Counted from the first letter of the stretch, positions 30,163-42,200 are shown. The stretch: 64,000 bases of DNA from Acetivibrionales bacterium (GCA_050953835.1 JBMNNH010000017.1:11874-75873), one strand, 5' to 3'. Program-made: numbers and translations. Notes: a model not told the origin generated them from the sequence alone.

Positions 30163-30405
30163 TTATTTCAACAAAGCTACAGTCGAAGCGCCTACTTCAA
30201 TGTTACAAGCTTTACCCAACTGTTTCATAGTATCAACGTAAAAAATGTCTATTCCTTTTTCCTGGCAGATACTCTTTAAGGGAGATATTACTTTTTCGTC
30301 TGCATCCTTAGCAATGAAAACAACCTCAGCCTTTTCTTCCTTAACTGCCTTCAAGGATTGCTTTACGCCAACAGTTTTTTTTCTATCTTTCAAAACCTCT
30401 AACAC
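30163..30405 (-). CDS. L7Ae/YbxF-family ribosome-associated K-turn binding protein (80 aa)
   Basis: VGVKQSLKAVKEEKAEVVFIAKDAD...KQLGKACNIEVGASTVALL. GTG start 6 nt after GGAGG; the longer ORF-track start lacks an RBS. The position between rpoC and rpsL is typical for Firmicutes. Confidence 0.8.
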   Translation of the reverse strand: MLEVLKDRKKTVGVKQSLKAVKEEKAEVVFIAKDADEKVISPLKSICQEKGIDIFYVDTMKQLGKACNIEVGASTVALLK

Positions 30406-30425
30406 CTTACGCCTCCAAATATAAC

Positions 30426-30451
30426 CCGAAAGCAGAAACACCCGCTTTCGG
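30426..30451 (-). other. 5' UTR hairpin CCGAAAGC-N10-GCTTTCGG just upstream of the L7Ae-family RBS
   Basis: Perfect 8 bp stem located between the predicted promoter and the RBS. Confidence 0.35.
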
Positions 30452-30469
30452 TTATTTTTGCACTAAAAC

Positions 30470-30499
30470 ATTCTATCACCCTTGAACTCTTCTTGTCAA
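30470..30499 (-). promoter_or_regulatory. Sigma-A type promoter for the str operon (TTGACA-18-TAGAAT with TG extension)
   Basis: On the minus strand, -35 lies at 30494-30499 and -10 at 30470-30475. A TG sits 1 nt upstream of the -10. Confidence 0.45.
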
Positions 30500-30550
30500 G
30501 AAAATTACTTCCCTTTCCTGCTGCCGAACAATCAATTATATACTTTATCA

Positions 30551-33500
30551 TTATACACTGAGTTCCATTTCTAGCTTATCACTATCCTCTTTTGATGCAT
30601 TATCCTCTACATTTATACTGATATTCTTGTATCTGCTCATCCCCGTACCTGCAGGTATAAGTTTTCCAATTATTACATTCTCCTTCAATCCAACCAGTGG
30701 ATCCACCTTCCCTTTAATAGCAGCTTCGGTTAATACTCTTGTAGTCTCCTGGAATGAAGCCGCAGACAGGAATGAATCGGTAGCCAGAGATGCTTTTGTA
30801 ATTCCGAGAAGTACCCTCTTTGCTGTAGCAGGTTTTTTCCCTTCTTCTATTGCCTTTTTATTCTCTCTTTCAAATTCAAATATATCAACAAGCCCACCTG
30901 GAAGGAGATTTGTATCCCCGGCTTCTTCAACCTTAACCTTCCTCATCATCTGCCTTACAATAACTTCAATATGTTTATCATTTATATCAACACCCTGCAG
31001 CCTGTATACCCTTTGCACTTCATGCAGGAGATATGACTGGACGCCTTTTACTCCTTTTATCTTGAGAATATCGTGCGGATTTACAGACCCTTCAGTCAAT
31101 TCGTCCCCTGCTTCAACAACATCTCCATCAGAAACCTTAATTCTAGAACCATAAGGAATAAGATAATTTTTTGCTTCTCCGTCCTCTGAGGTTACTATTA
31201 CTTCCCTTTTTTTCTTTGTTTCATTAATGCTTACAGTACCGTTTATTTCAGATATGACGGCAAGCCCTTTCGGCTTTCTTGCCTCAAATAACTCCTCAAC
31301 ACGGGGCAAACCTTGAGTTATATCGTCTCCAGCAACACCGCCGGTATGGAATGTTCTCATGGTGAGCTGGGTACCGGGTTCACCTATTGACTGTGCTGCA
31401 ATAATACCTACAGATTCACCGACATTGACCTCGTCTGCTGTTGCCAGGTTCATCCCATAGCATTTTGCACAAACGCCATATTCCGATTCACAGGTCAGAA
31501 CCGAACGTATTTTAACCTTTTTAAGACCCGCTTTCTTAATCTTTTCCGCTTCAACGTCCCTAATCATTTTATCGGCCTCTACAAGTACTTCACCGGACTT
31601 AGGGTCGATTATTGCTTCAACCGTATATCTGCCAACTATTCTTTCAGTAACGTCTTCTATTACTTCCCTGCCGTCTTTCACATCTGATACTTCTATTCCT
31701 TTACTTGTTCCGCAATCCACTTCCCTGACAATTACGTCCTGGCTGACATCAACCAGACGGCGGGTCAGATAACCGGAGTCAGCTGTCCTGAGAGCGGTAT
31801 CTGCCAAGCCTTTTCTTGCACCATGAGTAGAAATAAAGTACTCCAGTACATTCAAGCCTTCACGGAAATTGGCTTTTATTGGTATTTCAAGAGTTTTACC
31901 CTGTGTATCCGCCATAAGTCCTCTCATTCCGGCAAGCTGCTTTATCTGGTTTACATTACCTCTTGCCCCTGAATTAGCCATCATGTAAAGAGGATTAAAC
32001 CTGTCAAGGCTGCTCATCAAAGCTGAAGTTATATTCTCCCCGGCCTCTGTCCATGAACTTATAACGGCATTATACCTTTCTTCATCGGATATAAGGCCTC
32101 TCTTGTACTGCTTGACAATATTCTCAATTTTACGTTCAGCTTCTTCAAGGTACCTTTTCTTGATTTCCGGAATAATCATATCCGAAATACCTATTGTTAT
32201 AGCACCCTTTGTTGAATACCTGAAACCAAGTTCTTTTATTTTGTCAAGTACAATAGCTGTCTTGGTTGTACCATGCACCTTAATACATCTGTCCACAATC
32301 TTTCCAAGAGCTTTTCTGTCTGTCAGGAAATTAATTTCAAGGTTGAACATATCCTCCGGGTTAGTTCTATCTACAAAACCCAGATCCTGGGGTATCGCTT
32401 CATTAAATATTATTTTCCCGACTGTTGTATTTATAAGTTTATTAACTTTCTTACCGTCTATTTCCCTTGTCATCCTTACTTTTATCATGGCATGCAGTTG
32501 GATATATCCTTCATTGTATGCCATTATTGCCTCTTCACAGCTGGAAAATACTTTTCCTTCACCTTTTTCGCCTTCTTTTTCTATTGTGAGGTAATAACTT
32601 CCTAATACCATATCCTGGGTAGGAACTGTAACAGGCTTCCCATCCTGCGGTTTCAGCAGGTTGTTTGCCGAAAGCATGAGAAATCTTGCTTCCGCCTGTG
32701 CTTCCGCAGACAATGGCACATGCACAGCCATCTGATCTCCGTCAAAGTCTGCATTATATGCAGTACATACCAATGGATGCAGTTTAAGTGCCCTGCCTTC
32801 TACCAAAACAGGTTCAAATGCTTGAATTCCAAGCCTGTGAAGGGTTGGAGCACGGTTAAGCAGCACAGGGTGTTCTTTTATAACCTCTTCCAGGACATCC
32901 CATACTTCACTTCTAACTCTCTCTACCATTCTTTTCGCACTCTTAATATTATGTGCCAGGCCGTCATTTACAAGCTTTTTCATAACAAAGGGTTTAAAAA
33001 GCTCCAGGGCCATTTCTTTTGGCAGTCCACACTGGTATATCTTAAGCTCAGGCCCAACAACAATAACGGAACGGCCTGAGTAGTCAACACGTTTGCCCAG
33101 TAAATTCTGACGGAAGCGTCCCTGTTTTCCTTTAAGCATATCGGAAAGCGACTTAAGTGGTCTATTACCCGGTCCGGTAACAGGTCTTCCCCTTCTTCCG
33201 TTATCTATTAAAGCGTCCACCGCTTCCTGGAGCATCCTCTTTTCGTTTCTTACAATAATATCTGGAGCGCCCAGATCAAGGAGCCTTTTCAAACGGTTGT
33301 TCCTGTTGATTACCCTCCTGTACAGGTCATTGAGGTCGGAAGTAGCGAATCTGCCTCCATCAAGCTGAACCATTGGACGCAGTTCAGGCGGGATAACAGG
33401 GATAACATCAAGTATCATCCACTCAGGCCTGTTATTGGATATTTTGAAGGCTTCAACCACTTCAAGCCTTTTAATTGTCCTTATCCTCTTTTGTCCGGAA

Positions 33501-34093
33501 CTGTCAACAAGCTCTTTTCTGAGTTCTTGTGAAAGCTTCTCCAAATCTATTTCAGTCAGGAGTTCTTTTATTGCCTCCGCTCCCATCCCTGCCCTGAAAT
33601 TACTCCCGAATTTTTCAAGACTGTCTCTATACTCTTTTTCAGATAGTATTTGCTTCTTTGAAAGGGGGGTCTGTCCAGGGTCAATAACCACATAGGAAGC
33701 AAAATACAGTATCTTCTCCAAAGACCTGGGAGACATATCAAGTATTAGACCCATCCTGCTGGGTATACCTTTAAAATACCATATATGGGATACAGGGGCA
33801 GCCAGTTCTATATGCCCCATCCTCTCTCTTCTAACCTTGGAACGTGTAACTTCAACTCCGCATCTGTCACATACGATTCCCTTGTACCTTATTCTTTTAT
33901 ATTTGCCGCAGTGGCACTCCCAGTCTTTTTGCGGCCCGAATATCCTTTCGCAAAAGAGTCCGTCCCTTTCTGGTTTTAAAGTCCTGTAGTTTATAGTTTC
34001 AGGCTTTTTAACTTCACCCCTTGACCATTCCCTTATCATTTCCGGAGAAGCCAGGCCTATTTTTATTGCATCAAAATTATTAAGTTCAAACAC
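30551..34093 (-). CDS. rpoC: DNA-directed RNA polymerase subunit beta'
   Basis: 1180 aa with the NADFDGD catalytic motif and the Zn-binding CHCGKY...CDRCGVE. GTG start after AGGGAGA. Confidence 0.98.
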   Translation of the reverse strand: MFELNNFDAIKIGLASPEMIREWSRGEVKKPETINYRTLKPERDGLFCERIFGPQKDWECHCGKYKRIRYKGIVCDRCGVEVTRSKVRRERMGHIELAAPVSHIWYFKGIPSRMGLILDMSPRSLEKILYFASYVVIDPGQTPLSKKQILSEKEYRDSLEKFGSNFRAGMGAEAIKELLTEIDLEKLSQELRKELVDSSGQKRIRTIKRLEVVEAFKISNNRPEWMILDVIPVIPPELRPMVQLDGGRFATSDLNDLYRRVINRNNRLKRLLDLGAPDIIVRNEKRMLQEAVDALIDNGRRGRPVTGPGNRPLKSLSDMLKGKQGRFRQNLLGKRVDYSGRSVIVVGPELKIYQCGLPKEMALELFKPFVMKKLVNDGLAHNIKSAKRMVERVRSEVWDVLEEVIKEHPVLLNRAPTLHRLGIQAFEPVLVEGRALKLHPLVCTAYNADFDGDQMAVHVPLSAEAQAEARFLMLSANNLLKPQDGKPVTVPTQDMVLGSYYLTIEKEGEKGEGKVFSSCEEAIMAYNEGYIQLHAMIKVRMTREIDGKKVNKLINTTVGKIIFNEAIPQDLGFVDRTNPEDMFNLEINFLTDRKALGKIVDRCIKVHGTTKTAIVLDKIKELGFRYSTKGAITIGISDMIIPEIKKRYLEEAERKIENIVKQYKRGLISDEERYNAVISSWTEAGENITSALMSSLDRFNPLYMMANSGARGNVNQIKQLAGMRGLMADTQGKTLEIPIKANFREGLNVLEYFISTHGARKGLADTALRTADSGYLTRRLVDVSQDVIVREVDCGTSKGIEVSDVKDGREVIEDVTERIVGRYTVEAIIDPKSGEVLVEADKMIRDVEAEKIKKAGLKKVKIRSVLTCESEYGVCAKCYGMNLATADEVNVGESVGIIAAQSIGEPGTQLTMRTFHTGGVAGDDITQGLPRVEELFEARKPKGLAVISEINGTVSINETKKKREVIVTSEDGEAKNYLIPYGSRIKVSDGDVVEAGDELTEGSVNPHDILKIKGVKGVQSYLLHEVQRVYRLQGVDINDKHIEVIVRQMMRKVKVEEAGDTNLLPGGLVDIFEFERENKKAIEEGKKPATAKRVLLGITKASLATDSFLSAASFQETTRVLTEAAIKGKVDPLVGLKENVIIGKLIPAGTGMSRYKNISINVEDNASKEDSDKLEMELSV

Positions 34094-34111
34094 AGCGCTT
34101 TATCTCCCTTC

Positions 34112-37100
34112 TTAAAGTTCATCGTCGTCTAAATCGTCATCAAAATCATCGTCATTTGCAAAAAGATCATCAACCAGACCTTCGTCAAGATTTTCTGCTC
34201 CACTTAAATCGTCCAGGTCAATATCGCTAATATCCAAGTCATCATCCAACGGCTCTTCCTCAACTCCCTCATCATAATCACTCAATGGTTCCTCATCTTC
34301 CCTACCTTCGATATTGACATTCAATTCTTCAAATTCATCATCAACAGATTCCTTCAATGCAATTTCTTCCCGCTCCTCAGAGTAAACTTTAACATCAAGG
34401 GCCAGGCTCTGCAATTCCTTGATTAATACCTTGAAGGACTCAGGTATTCCAGGCTCCGGTACATTCTCACCTTTTACTATTGATTCATAAGTCTTTACTC
34501 TTCCAACAACATCATCAGACTTGACCGTAAGTATTTCCTGCAGAGTATAAGCAGCACCATATGCCTCAAGAGCCCATACTTCCATTTCACCAAACCTCTG
34601 TCCACCGAACTGGGCTTTTCCTCCCAATGGCTGCTGTGTTACAAGTGAATAAGGGCCTGTTGAACGGGCATGTATCTTATCGTCAACAAGGTGAGCCAGC
34701 TTCATGATATACATATATCCCACAGTTACTCTGTTATCAAATGGCTCCCCTGTCCTTCCGTCATACAGTATACTCTTTCCGTCTTCGGATAAACCAGCCT
34801 TTTTTAGTGTTTCAATAATATCCTCTTCTGTTGCCCCATCAAAAACAGGTGTCGCTATCTCCCATCCGAGCGCTTTGGCTGCATACCCAAGATGTACTTC
34901 CAAAACCTGGCCGATATTCATACGCGACGGGACACCCAGTGGATTAAGCACTATCTCGAGAGGAGTACCATCCGGCAGGAATGGCATATCCTCTTCAGGC
35001 AGTATTCTGGAAATTACACCTTTGTTACCATGCCTGCCCGCCATCTTGTCTCCAACTGATATCTTACGTTTCTGTGCAATATATACCCTTACCAGTTGGT
35101 TGACTCCCGGAGGAAGCTCATCTCCATTTTCTCTTGTGAATACTTTTACATCAACTATTATACCTGATTCTCCATGAGGCACCCTTAAGGATGTATCCCT
35201 TACTTCCCTTGCCTTTTCACCGAATATAGCTCTTAAAAGCCTTTCTTCAGCTGTGAGCTCTGTTTCGCCCTTAGGTGTTACCTTTCCAACAAGGATATCT
35301 CCGGATCTTACCTCTGCACCTATTCTTATTATGCCTCTATCGTCAAGATCTTTTAAGGACTCTTCACTTACATTTGGTATATCCCTGGTTATCTCTTCAG
35401 GTCCTAGTTTAGTATCTCTGGCCTCAGCCTCATACTCTTCTATATGGATTGATGTAAAAATATCATCCTTAACAAGCTTTTCACTAATCAGGATTGCATC
35501 CTCATAGTTGTAACCCTCCCAGGTCATAAAGCCTACTAGTACATTCCTTCCCAGTGCAATTTCTCCCTGGTCGGTAGAAGGCCCGTCAGCAATTATCTGG
35601 CCCTTCTCTACAACTTCATTTTTAACCACTATAGGCCTTTGATTAATGCAGGTACCCTGGTTTGAACGCTGGTATTTAAGAAGCTTATAGCTGTCCCTTC
35701 TGCCATCTTTAGTCCTTATAACTACTTCATCAGCAGATACCTTTTCCACTACTCCACTATTTCTTGACAGAACAACCACGCCGGAATCCCTCGCAGCCTT
35801 GTACTCAATGCCGGTTCCTATAATAGGCGCTTCTGTTTTTATAAGGGGTACAGCCTGACGCTGCATATTTGATCCCATCAAGGCACGGTTTGCATCATCG
35901 TTTTCCAGGAATGGAATCATTGATGTAGCAACTGATACCAACTGCTTTGGTGAAACATCCATATAATCAATCTTGTCGCTTTCAACTTCCAGAATTTGAT
36001 CCATGTATCTTGCAGCAACCTTTTTATCCATAAACCTGCCTTCTTTATCAAGAGGTTCATTAGCCTGAGCAATAACATATTCATCCTCTTCATCAGCAGT
36101 AAGGTATACTATTTCCCCGGTTACTATACCTTTTTCCTTATCAACCTTTCTATAAGGAGCTTCAATAAACCCATGCTCATTTATCCTTGCATAAGTACTA
36201 AGTGAGCCAATAAGACCTATGTTGGGTCCTTCAGGAGTTTCTATAGGGCACATGCGCCCATAATGCGAGTGGTGAACGTCACGGACCTCAAAGCCTGCTC
36301 TTTCCCTGCTTAATCCACCTGGACCAAGGGCACTCAACCGTCTCTTATGCGTCAATTCCGCAAGCGGATTGGTTTGATCCATAAACTGGGACAACTGGCT
36401 GCTCCCAAAGAATTCCTTAATTGAAGCCGCTACAGGTCTGATATTAATTAAAGCCTGGGGCGTTACAATATCAATATCCTGTATTGTCATCCTTTCTCTT
36501 ACAACTCTTTCCATTCTGGCCAGTCCAATTCTAAACTGGTTTTGGAGGAGTTCACCAACTGAGCGCAATCTTCTGTTGCCAAGATGGTCAATATCATCAA
36601 CATTGCCCACTGAATAGTTCAGGCTTATCAGGTAGTTTATTGACGCAATTATATCCTCCGGCGTAATATTCTTTGGTATTAAATCATCTATACTTTCCTT
36701 TAATGCCTTCTTTATTTGCTTCTCTCCATTATTCTCTTCCAAAATTTTGGTCAGTACATCAAGCTTTACGTATTCAGTTATTCCGGTCTCCGTAACATCA
36801 AAACCAATAAACCTGCTGGCATCAACAGTATTATTGCCTATTACCCTTACTTTTTTACCCTCAATATCAAGGTATACGGAGTTTATTCCAGAATTTTGGA
36901 TTTCGTAAGCTTTTTCTCTGCTGATTACCTCACCGGCTTCCAGTAATATTTCTCCGGTTTGGGGACTGACAACATCTTCTGCAGCTTTAAATCCGTTTAT
37001 TCTTGCAGCAATAGAGAGTTTTTTCCTGAATTTAAATCTTCCTACCTTTGCAAGGTCATACCTTTTAGGATCAAAAAACAAATTATTCAGCAGTGACCTG

Positions 37101-37849
37101 GCACTATCAACCGTTGGAGGTTCTCCTGGCCTGAGCCTTTTATAAATTTCCAGAAGCCCTTCTTCCACTGTCTTTGCATTATCTTTTTGTATTGTAGCCA
37201 AAACCCTTTCATCTTCCCCAAGAAGTTCAGTGATTTGCAAATCAGTACCATAGCCTAAAGCTCTGATTAATACTGTTATAGGAAGCTTCCTGGTTCTGTC
37301 TATCCTGACATAAACAACATCGTTTGAGTCTGTTTCGTATTCCAGCCATGCACCCCTATTGGGAATAACTGTAGCTGAGAACAGTTTTTTACCTGTTTTA
37401 TCAAATTTCATTGAATAATAAATACCGGGAGATCTAACAAGCTGACTGACTATAACCCTTTCGGCTCCATTAATAATAAAGGTACCGTTATCAGTCATAA
37501 GAGGAAAATCCCCCATAAATATTTCCTGTTCCTTTACCTCCCCTGTTTCTTTGTTTATCAGGCGTACCTTGACCTTTAAAGGAGCGGAATAGGTAGTATC
37601 TCTTTCTTTACATTCTCCAACACTGTACTTTGGGTTTTCATCTAGCGAATAATCCACAAACTCTAAAATTAGGTTACCTGTGTAATCCGTAACCGGTGAA
37701 ACATCTCTGAAAACTTCTTTTAATCCTTCTTCTAAAAACCATTTGTAAGAATTTTTCTGTACCTCAATAAGATTTGGCATATCAAGCACTTCATTGATTT
37801 TTGAATAACTCATTCGAGTATTTTTGCCAAGCTGCACAGGATGTACCAT
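34112..37849 (-). CDS. rpoB: DNA-directed RNA polymerase subunit beta
   Basis: [15 protein letters not shown] motif. ATG preceded by AGGTGA. Long polyacidic C-terminal tail. Confidence 0.98.
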   Translation of the reverse strand: MVHPVQLGKNTRMSYSKINEVLDMPNLIEVQKNSYKWFLEEGLKEVFRDVSPVTDYTGNLILEFVDYSLDENPKYSVGECKERDTTYSAPLKVKVRLINKETGEVKEQEIFMGDFPLMTDNGTFIINGAERVIVSQLVRSPGIYYSMKFDKTGKKLFSATVIPNRGAWLEYETDSNDVVYVRIDRTRKLPITVLIRALGYGTDLQITELLGEDERVLATIQKDNAKTVEEGLLEIYKRLRPGEPPTVDSARSLLNNLFFDPKRYDLAKVGRFKFRKKLSIAARINGFKAAEDVVSPQTGEILLEAGEVISREKAYEIQNSGINSVYLDIEGKKVRVIGNNTVDASRFIGFDVTETGITEYVKLDVLTKILEENNGEKQIKKALKESIDDLIPKNITPEDIIASINYLISLNYSVGNVDDIDHLGNRRLRSVGELLQNQFRIGLARMERVVRERMTIQDIDIVTPQALINIRPVAASIKEFFGSSQLSQFMDQTNPLAELTHKRRLSALGPGGLSRERAGFEVRDVHHSHYGRMCPIETPEGPNIGLIGSLSTYARINEHGFIEAPYRKVDKEKGIVTGEIVYLTADEEDEYVIAQANEPLDKEGRFMDKKVAARYMDQILEVESDKIDYMDVSPKQLVSVATSMIPFLENDDANRALMGSNMQRQAVPLIKTEAPIIGTGIEYKAARDSGVVVLSRNSGVVEKVSADEVVIRTKDGRRDSYKLLKYQRSNQGTCINQRPIVVKNEVVEKGQIIADGPSTDQGEIALGRNVLVGFMTWEGYNYEDAILISEKLVKDDIFTSIHIEEYEAEARDTKLGPEEITRDIPNVSEESLKDLDDRGIIRIGAEVRSGDILVGKVTPKGETELTAEERLLRAIFGEKAREVRDTSLRVPHGESGIIVDVKVFTRENGDELPPGVNQLVRVYIAQKRKISVGDKMAGRHGNKGVISRILPEEDMPFLPDGTPLEIVLNPLGVPSRMNIGQVLEVHLGYAAKALGWEIATPVFDGATEEDIIETLKKAGLSEDGKSILYDGRTGEPFDNRVTVGYMYIMKLAHLVDDKIHARSTGPYSLVTQQPLGGKAQFGGQRFGEMEVWALEAYGAAYTLQEILTVKSDDVVGRVKTYESIVKGENVPEPGIPESFKVLIKELQSLALDVKVYSEEREEIALKESVDDEFEELNVNIEGREDEEPLSDYDEGVEEEPLDDDLDISDIDLDDLSGAENLDEGLVDDLFANDDDFDDDLDDDEL

Positions 37850-38188
37850 CAAATATCACCTCATAAGTTATGACTTTTATGTTAGTTTATCTTTCTAAAA
37901 ACACAATATATAATCAGTTGATCAAGAGCACTTGTGAACCCTGCTCCATAGATTCAAATTATTTCCTCATTTAAAAGTATATATTTCTTAAAATTGCATA
38001 TACTAAATTTTACCGTTGAAAATTAGCCACTAATGTATTATTAACATTTTTTGTCTGGTTTATTCTCCTATTGTCTTATTAATTCACCTATGTTATAATT
38101 AAGTCAAGCTATTACAATCAGTATAGTTTGTTTCATTTTATGTAAAGAGGACAGCAGCATACGCACCCCAATTATAACGCAGTTTATA

Positions 38189-38217
38189 ATTCTAACATAC
38201 GGTATATAACTTGTCAA
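38189..38217 (-). promoter_or_regulatory. Sigma-A type promoter upstream of rpoB (TTGACA-17-TAGAAT)
   Basis: On the minus strand, -35 lies at 38212-38217 and -10 at 38189-38194. This would give a 5' UTR of about 330 nt. Confidence 0.45.
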
Positions 38218-38254
38218 TGGTTTTTTATGTTCTTATAATTGTACATTATTTTAT

Positions 38255-38297
38255 TAAAATATAAGCAGGAGACCTACTTAAAGTAAGTCTCCTGCTT
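38255..38297 (-). terminator. Rho-independent terminator/attenuator between rplL and rpoB
   Basis: AAGCAGGAGAC-N13-GTCTCCTGCTT, a perfect 11 bp stem followed by ATATTTTAAT on the minus strand. Confidence 0.7.
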
Positions 38298-38311
38298 GCT
38301 TTATAAACTAA

Positions 38312-38698
38312 TTATTTAATCTCTACAGTAGCTCCAACCTCTTTGAACTTTGCTTCTATAGCTGCAGCCTCTTCCTTGGGCACATTTTCTTTAATCGGCT
38401 TTGGTGCATTGTCAACAAGGTCTTTTGCTTCCTTCAAGCCAAGACTTGTGATTTCTCTGACTACTTTAATAACCTTAATCTTTTCTGCTCCAACTTCCTT
38501 AAGAATAACATCAAATTCTGTCTTTTCTTCTTCAGACGGTGCTGCCGCACCACCTGCTGCAGGCGCTGCTGCTACTGCTACAGGGGCTGCTGCCGATACT
38601 CCGAATTCCTCTTCCAGAGCTTTTACCAGCTCTGATAATTCCATTACTGTTAAAGATTTTACTTCTTCAATTAACTTTGTTACCTTTTCACTAGCCAT
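38312..38698 (-). CDS. rplL: 50S ribosomal protein L7/L12
   Basis: [34 protein letters not shown], an Ala/Pro hinge and KVIKVVRE... Start after TGGAGGT. Confidence 0.97.
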   Translation of the reverse strand: MASEKVTKLIEEVKSLTVMELSELVKALEEEFGVSAAAPVAVAAAPAAGGAAAPSEEEKTEFDVILKEVGAEKIKVIKVVREITSLGLKEAKDLVDNAPKPIKENVPKEEAAAIEAKFKEVGATVEIK

Positions 38699-38767
38699 TT
38701 TATAAATACCTCCATTTTTTTTTGATTTAATAATTTTGTAAGCTCGCATTATTCATGCATATAACTG

Positions 38768-39301
38768 TTAAGCTTCCTGTTTTTTCTCGGCTATAGCATT
38801 CAATGCTACTACCAGGCCTCTTATGTTTGCATTCAGGACATTAACAAATCCATATATCGGTGAATTCAATGAACCCACAACCTTTGCAATAAGTTCCTCC
38901 CTGGATGGCAGCTCTGCAATTGCTTTTAATCCTTCTGTACCGGTAATTTGTCCTTCTATAACACCAACCTTCAGCTCCAGGTTTTTATACTTCTTTGCAT
39001 ATTCCGATAAAACCTTTGCAGGAGCAACAGGATCTTCATTGCTTAAAGCCATTGCCGTAGGCCCTATCAAGTATTCTTCAAGTCCGTCCAACCCATTTTG
39101 TTTTATGGCAAACCTGGTTATACTGTTCTTCACAACCCTATACTCTACCCCTGCTTTTCTCAGGGCATTTCTAAGCTCAGTATCCTCCTCAACGGTCAGA
39201 CCTCTATAATCAGCAAAAATTAAGGCCTTTGCTGCTTTGATCTTTTCAGTTAAATCCTGTACCATTTGCTTTTTTTGTTCAAGAATCGCTTTACTAGGCA
39301 T
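38768..39301 (-). CDS. rplJ: 50S ribosomal protein L10
   Basis: Position upstream of rplL and family-typical sequence (FADYRGLTVEEDTELR). Confidence 0.95.
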   Translation of the reverse strand: MPSKAILEQKKQMVQDLTEKIKAAKALIFADYRGLTVEEDTELRNALRKAGVEYRVVKNSITRFAIKQNGLDGLEEYLIGPTAMALSNEDPVAPAKVLSEYAKKYKNLELKVGVIEGQITGTEGLKAIAELPSREELIAKVVGSLNSPIYGFVNVLNANIRGLVVALNAIAEKKQEA

Positions 39302-39523
39302 TTTCTCTTTAGTCCACCTCCTTCACTTTAAGTATAGGGACAACACCTTTTAGCTTAAGTACTGATATGTCCCCGACTGGACAATAAAAAACCCTCATAT
39401 GCATAGACACACGAGGGATATTGCTTCCTGATTATAATTCTTAACCTCGGTAGGCTGATTAAGCAAACTAATCAATTACGCTTCTGCACCTACTGTCTAT
39501 GGCAAATATTTATTAAATTATCA
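39302..39523 (-). promoter_or_regulatory. rplJ 5' leader (L10-leader type autoregulatory RNA) with internal attenuator hairpin
   Basis: About 220 nt untranslated leader. At 39385-39417 the hairpin CCCTC-N16-GAGGG is followed by TTTTTT. A leader of this kind is expected in front of Firmicute rplJ from established knowledge. Confidence 0.5.
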
Positions 39524-39529
39524 TTACCT

Positions 39530-39558
39530 ATAATATATTATTGTTTTTACTTTGTAAA
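39530..39558 (-). promoter_or_regulatory. Candidate promoter for rplJ-rplL (TTTACA-17-TATTAT)
   Basis: On the minus strand, -35 lies at 39553-39558 and -10 at 39530-39535. Confidence 0.35.
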
Positions 39559-39581
39559 GGCTAAATTTAAATTTTCATAGC

Positions 39582-40277
39582 CTATTCTATAATTCTCTGG
39601 GGATTAATTTTTATTCCAGGCCCCATAGTTGACGACACGACAACACTTCTCAGGTATTGGCCTTTTGCAGCTGCCGGCTTAGCTTTTATTACAGCTTCCA
39701 TCAAAGTACGGAAGTTATCAGTAAGTTTTTCTGTTCCAAAGGAAACTTTTCCAATAGGACAGTGAATTATATTGGTTTTATCAAGTCTGTACTCAATTTT
39801 ACCAGCTTTTATTTCCTGTATGGCTCTTCCAACGTCCGTAGTAACAGTACCTGCTTTCGGGTTCGGCATTAAGCCTTTTGGTCCCAGGATTTTACCAAGT
39901 CTGCCAATAACCCCCATCATATCCGGAGTTGCAACTACAATATCAAAGTCAAACCAGTTGTCATTCTGAATCTTTGCAACATAATCTTCAGCGCCAACAT
40001 AGTCAGCACCAGCTTCCTCTGCTTCCTTTACCTTATCGCCTTTGGCAAATACAAGCACCCTGACAGTTTTGCCGGTTCCATGAGGTAGAACAACAGCCCC
40101 TCTCACCTGCTGGTCAGCATGTCTTGAGTCAACACCAAGTTTGATGTGAGCTTCAACAGTCTCATCAAACTTTGCCTTAGCGGTTTGCTGAACCAATTCA
40201 AGGGCTTCAGCCGGGTCATAAGTCTTTGTTTTATCTATTAATTTCATACTTTCAATGTATTTCTTTCCTCTTTTCAC
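39582..40277 (-). CDS. rplA: 50S ribosomal protein L1
   Basis: KRGKKYIES... Start placed at a GTG 9 nt after AAGGAG, because the in-frame ATG directly abuts the RBS. 231 aa. Confidence 0.93.
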   Translation of the reverse strand: MKRGKKYIESMKLIDKTKTYDPAEALELVQQTAKAKFDETVEAHIKLGVDSRHADQQVRGAVVLPHGTGKTVRVLVFAKGDKVKEAEEAGADYVGAEDYVAKIQNDNWFDFDIVVATPDMMGVIGRLGKILGPKGLMPNPKAGTVTTDVGRAIQEIKAGKIEYRLDKTNIIHCPIGKVSFGTEKLTDNFRTLMEAVIKAKPAAAKGQYLRSVVVSSTMGPGIKINPQRIIE

Positions 40278-40369
40278 ACATATCATCTCCTTAGTGGTAA
40301 TTTTACTACGGGAATTACTTCCCTCCCACAATGTACCAGGTTATGGGTATCACCTGATAGCTTATCCGC

Positions 40370-40795
40370 CTATTCTTCAACTACTATACCCATGCTCCTT
40401 GCAGTTCCTGCTATCATACTCATAGCAGCTTCCACACTTGCAGCATTTAAATCAGGCATCTTTAGTTCTGCAATCTTCCTTACTTCCTCTTTGGAAATTC
40501 TTGCAACTTTATCCTTATTAGGAACACCTGAACCGCTTTCAATTTTGCACGCCTTCTTTAGCAGCACTGCTGCAGGCGGAGTCTTCGTAATAAATGTGAA
40601 AGACCTGTCAGCATAAACTGAAATTATTACAGGAATTATCAGCCCTGCATCTTTGCTAGTTCTTTCATTGAACTCCTTGCAAAATCCCATTATGTTAACG
40701 CCATGCTGTCCTAAAGCTGGTCCAACCGGTGGAGCCGGAGTTGCTTTTCCCGCAGGAATCTGTAGTTTTACGTAGCCAATGATTTTTTTTGCCAT
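40370..40795 (-). CDS. rplK: 50S ribosomal protein L11
   Basis: [47 protein letters not shown]. Confidence 0.97.
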   Translation of the reverse strand: MAKKIIGYVKLQIPAGKATPAPPVGPALGQHGVNIMGFCKEFNERTSKDAGLIIPVIISVYADRSFTFITKTPPAAVLLKKACKIESGSGVPNKDKVARISKEEVRKIAELKMPDLNAASVEAAMSMIAGTARSMGIVVEE

Positions 40796-40864
40796 GACTA
40801 TTAGTCCACCTCCCAATTCTATTATGAAACCTGCCATATGCTTTCCGGCAGATTTCCATATAAA

Positions 40865-40892
40865 TTATATATAACCAGCTGGTTATATATAA
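40865..40892. repeat. Near-perfect 28 nt palindrome TTATATATAACCAGCTGGTTATATATAA in the nusG-rplK spacer
   Basis: Direct reading; 13-14 bp self-complementary arms around AGCT. Confidence 0.8.
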
Positions 40893-40897
40893 ATCAT

Positions 40898-40927
40898 ATT
40901 CTGTTTCATTTTATTCTGTTTCATTTT
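40898..40927. repeat. Exact tandem duplication of 15 nt (ATTCTGTTTCATTTT x2) just downstream of nusG
   Basis: Direct reading; units at 40898-40912 and 40913-40927. Confidence 0.85.
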
Positions 40928-40944
40928 CAGACGCACTTCACACT

Positions 40945-41478
40945 TTACAGCTTTTGTATCTGAGCAAGTTCCAATTCCACAGGGGTTTCCCTTCCGAACA
41001 TGGATACCGATACTCGTACCTTTTTCTTTTCCATGTTTATTTCTTCCACTATCCCAATAAAATTCTCAAGCGGACCGGAAACAACCCTGACACTATCCCC
41101 TGCTTCATAATCAACTATTGGAGCAAATTCTTCAACACCCATAGCCTTTATTTCATCATCACTCAAAGGCACTGGTTTTGAGCCAGGCCCTACAAAACCT
41201 GTAACACCTCTGGTATTTCTTACAACATACCATGATTCATCCGTGATTATCATTTTTACAAGGACATAGCCAGGGAACACCTTTTTTAATGTAGCTTTTT
41301 TCTTGCCATCCTTTATTTCTATCTGCTCTTCCATTGGAACAACAATGTCAAGAATATAATCCTGCATATTCCTGTTCTCAACAATCTTCTCAAGATTGGC
41401 TTTAACTTTATTCTCATAACCAGAATAGGTATGAACTACATACCATTTTGCTTTTTCAGATATATCACTTTCCAGCAT
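40945..41478 (-). CDS. nusG: Transcription termination/antitermination factor NusG
   Basis: WYVVHTYSGYENKV NGN domain and KOW motif GDSVRVVSGPLENFIGIVEEI. Confidence 0.97.
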   Translation of the reverse strand: MLESDISEKAKWYVVHTYSGYENKVKANLEKIVENRNMQDYILDIVVPMEEQIEIKDGKKKATLKKVFPGYVLVKMIITDESWYVVRNTRGVTGFVGPGSKPVPLSDDEIKAMGVEEFAPIVDYEAGDSVRVVSGPLENFIGIVEEINMEKKKVRVSVSMFGRETPVELELAQIQKL

Positions 41479-41583
41479 TAAAACTTGTGTCCTCCCTTTT
41501 TATTAAAACCACATAAAGCTTAATACAGGCATATTCATATAAACTGTGCCCGTATCAGATAAGCAGCTAAGCCTTGTGTTCTT

Positions 41584-41805
41584 CTAAACGAACAACAGCC
41601 CCACCAACTGTGATAAAAGCAGGTCCGCTATCCAAATTACAGCGCCTACCAGCAAGCAGGCAAGCAATACAGTAATAGTATTGTTTTTTAACTGTTTCCA
41701 TGAGAGCCAGACAACTTTTTTCAGCTCTGTCCTTATTTCTTTAAAAAACCTTACTATACCTTTTCTAAATCTTTCAAACCTTGACACCTTTGCATTGTCA
41801 GCCAT
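41584..41805 (-). CDS. secE: Preprotein translocase subunit SecE
   Basis: FFKEIRTELKKVVW followed by a single TM helix. Lies between rpmG and nusG. Start at MADNAK. Confidence 0.9.
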   Translation of the reverse strand: MADNAKVSRFERFRKGIVRFFKEIRTELKKVVWLSWKQLKNNTITVLLACLLVGAVIWIADLLLSQLVGLLFV

Positions 41806-41828
41806 AACAACACGCAACTCCATTTAGT

Positions 41829-41978
41829 TTATTTTGTTTCTTTGTGTACAGTATGTTTATGACAGAATTTACAATATTTCTTCAATTCAATCCTGTCCGG
41901 GTCATTCTTCTTATTTTTCATAGTATGATAATTTCTTTGCTTGCAATCCATACATGCCAATGTAATTTTTACTCTCAT
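41829..41978 (-). CDS. rpmG: 50S ribosomal protein L33 (49 aa)
   Basis: Hand translation gives [59 protein letters not shown]. Missing from the ORF track because it is under 60 aa. Confidence 0.92.
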   Translation of the reverse strand: MRVKITLACMDCKQRNYHTMKNKKNDPDRIELKKYCKFCHKHTVHKETK

Positions 41979-42088
41979 ATTTGCACCTCCAGCCCCTAGT
42001 GAATATAGCGCATGGAATTACTTGCCCAAGACATATCTTTTTTGCTTTTTTGCATAAAAAAAAAGACCTGCGCTATGAAGCATAAATA

Positions 42089-42117
42089 AATTTATCATAA
42101 TTTTTAACCCGTGTCAA
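42089..42117 (-). promoter_or_regulatory. Sigma-A type promoter for rpmG-secE-nusG (TTGACA-17-TAAATT)
   Basis: On the minus strand, -35 lies at 42112-42117 and -10 at 42089-42094. Confidence 0.5.
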
Positions 42118-42200
42118 GGCTATTATACCTATTTTCAAAATATTCCTATTTTATTAGCCTTCTAAATATTGTCAATGAATAGGCACACCAGTGGCATTAT

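Noticed and set aside
30426-30451. 5' UTR hairpin of the L7Ae-family gene considered as an autoregulatory K-turn
   Set aside because: The stem is fully Watson-Crick, with no 3 nt bulge and no tandem G.A pairs, so there is no K-turn signature.
38312-38749. N-terminal extensions suggested by the ORF track for rplL, rplK (to 40837), rplA (to 40331), secE (to 41823), ilvB (to 43976), ilvD (to 45595), fusA (to 28907), the L7Ae-family gene (to 30441), LOG, proB, the aldolase and MgtC
   Set aside because: In each case an internal start codon with a proper Shine-Dalgarno sequence gives the canonical family N-terminus. The extended starts lack an RBS or overlap the upstream gene.
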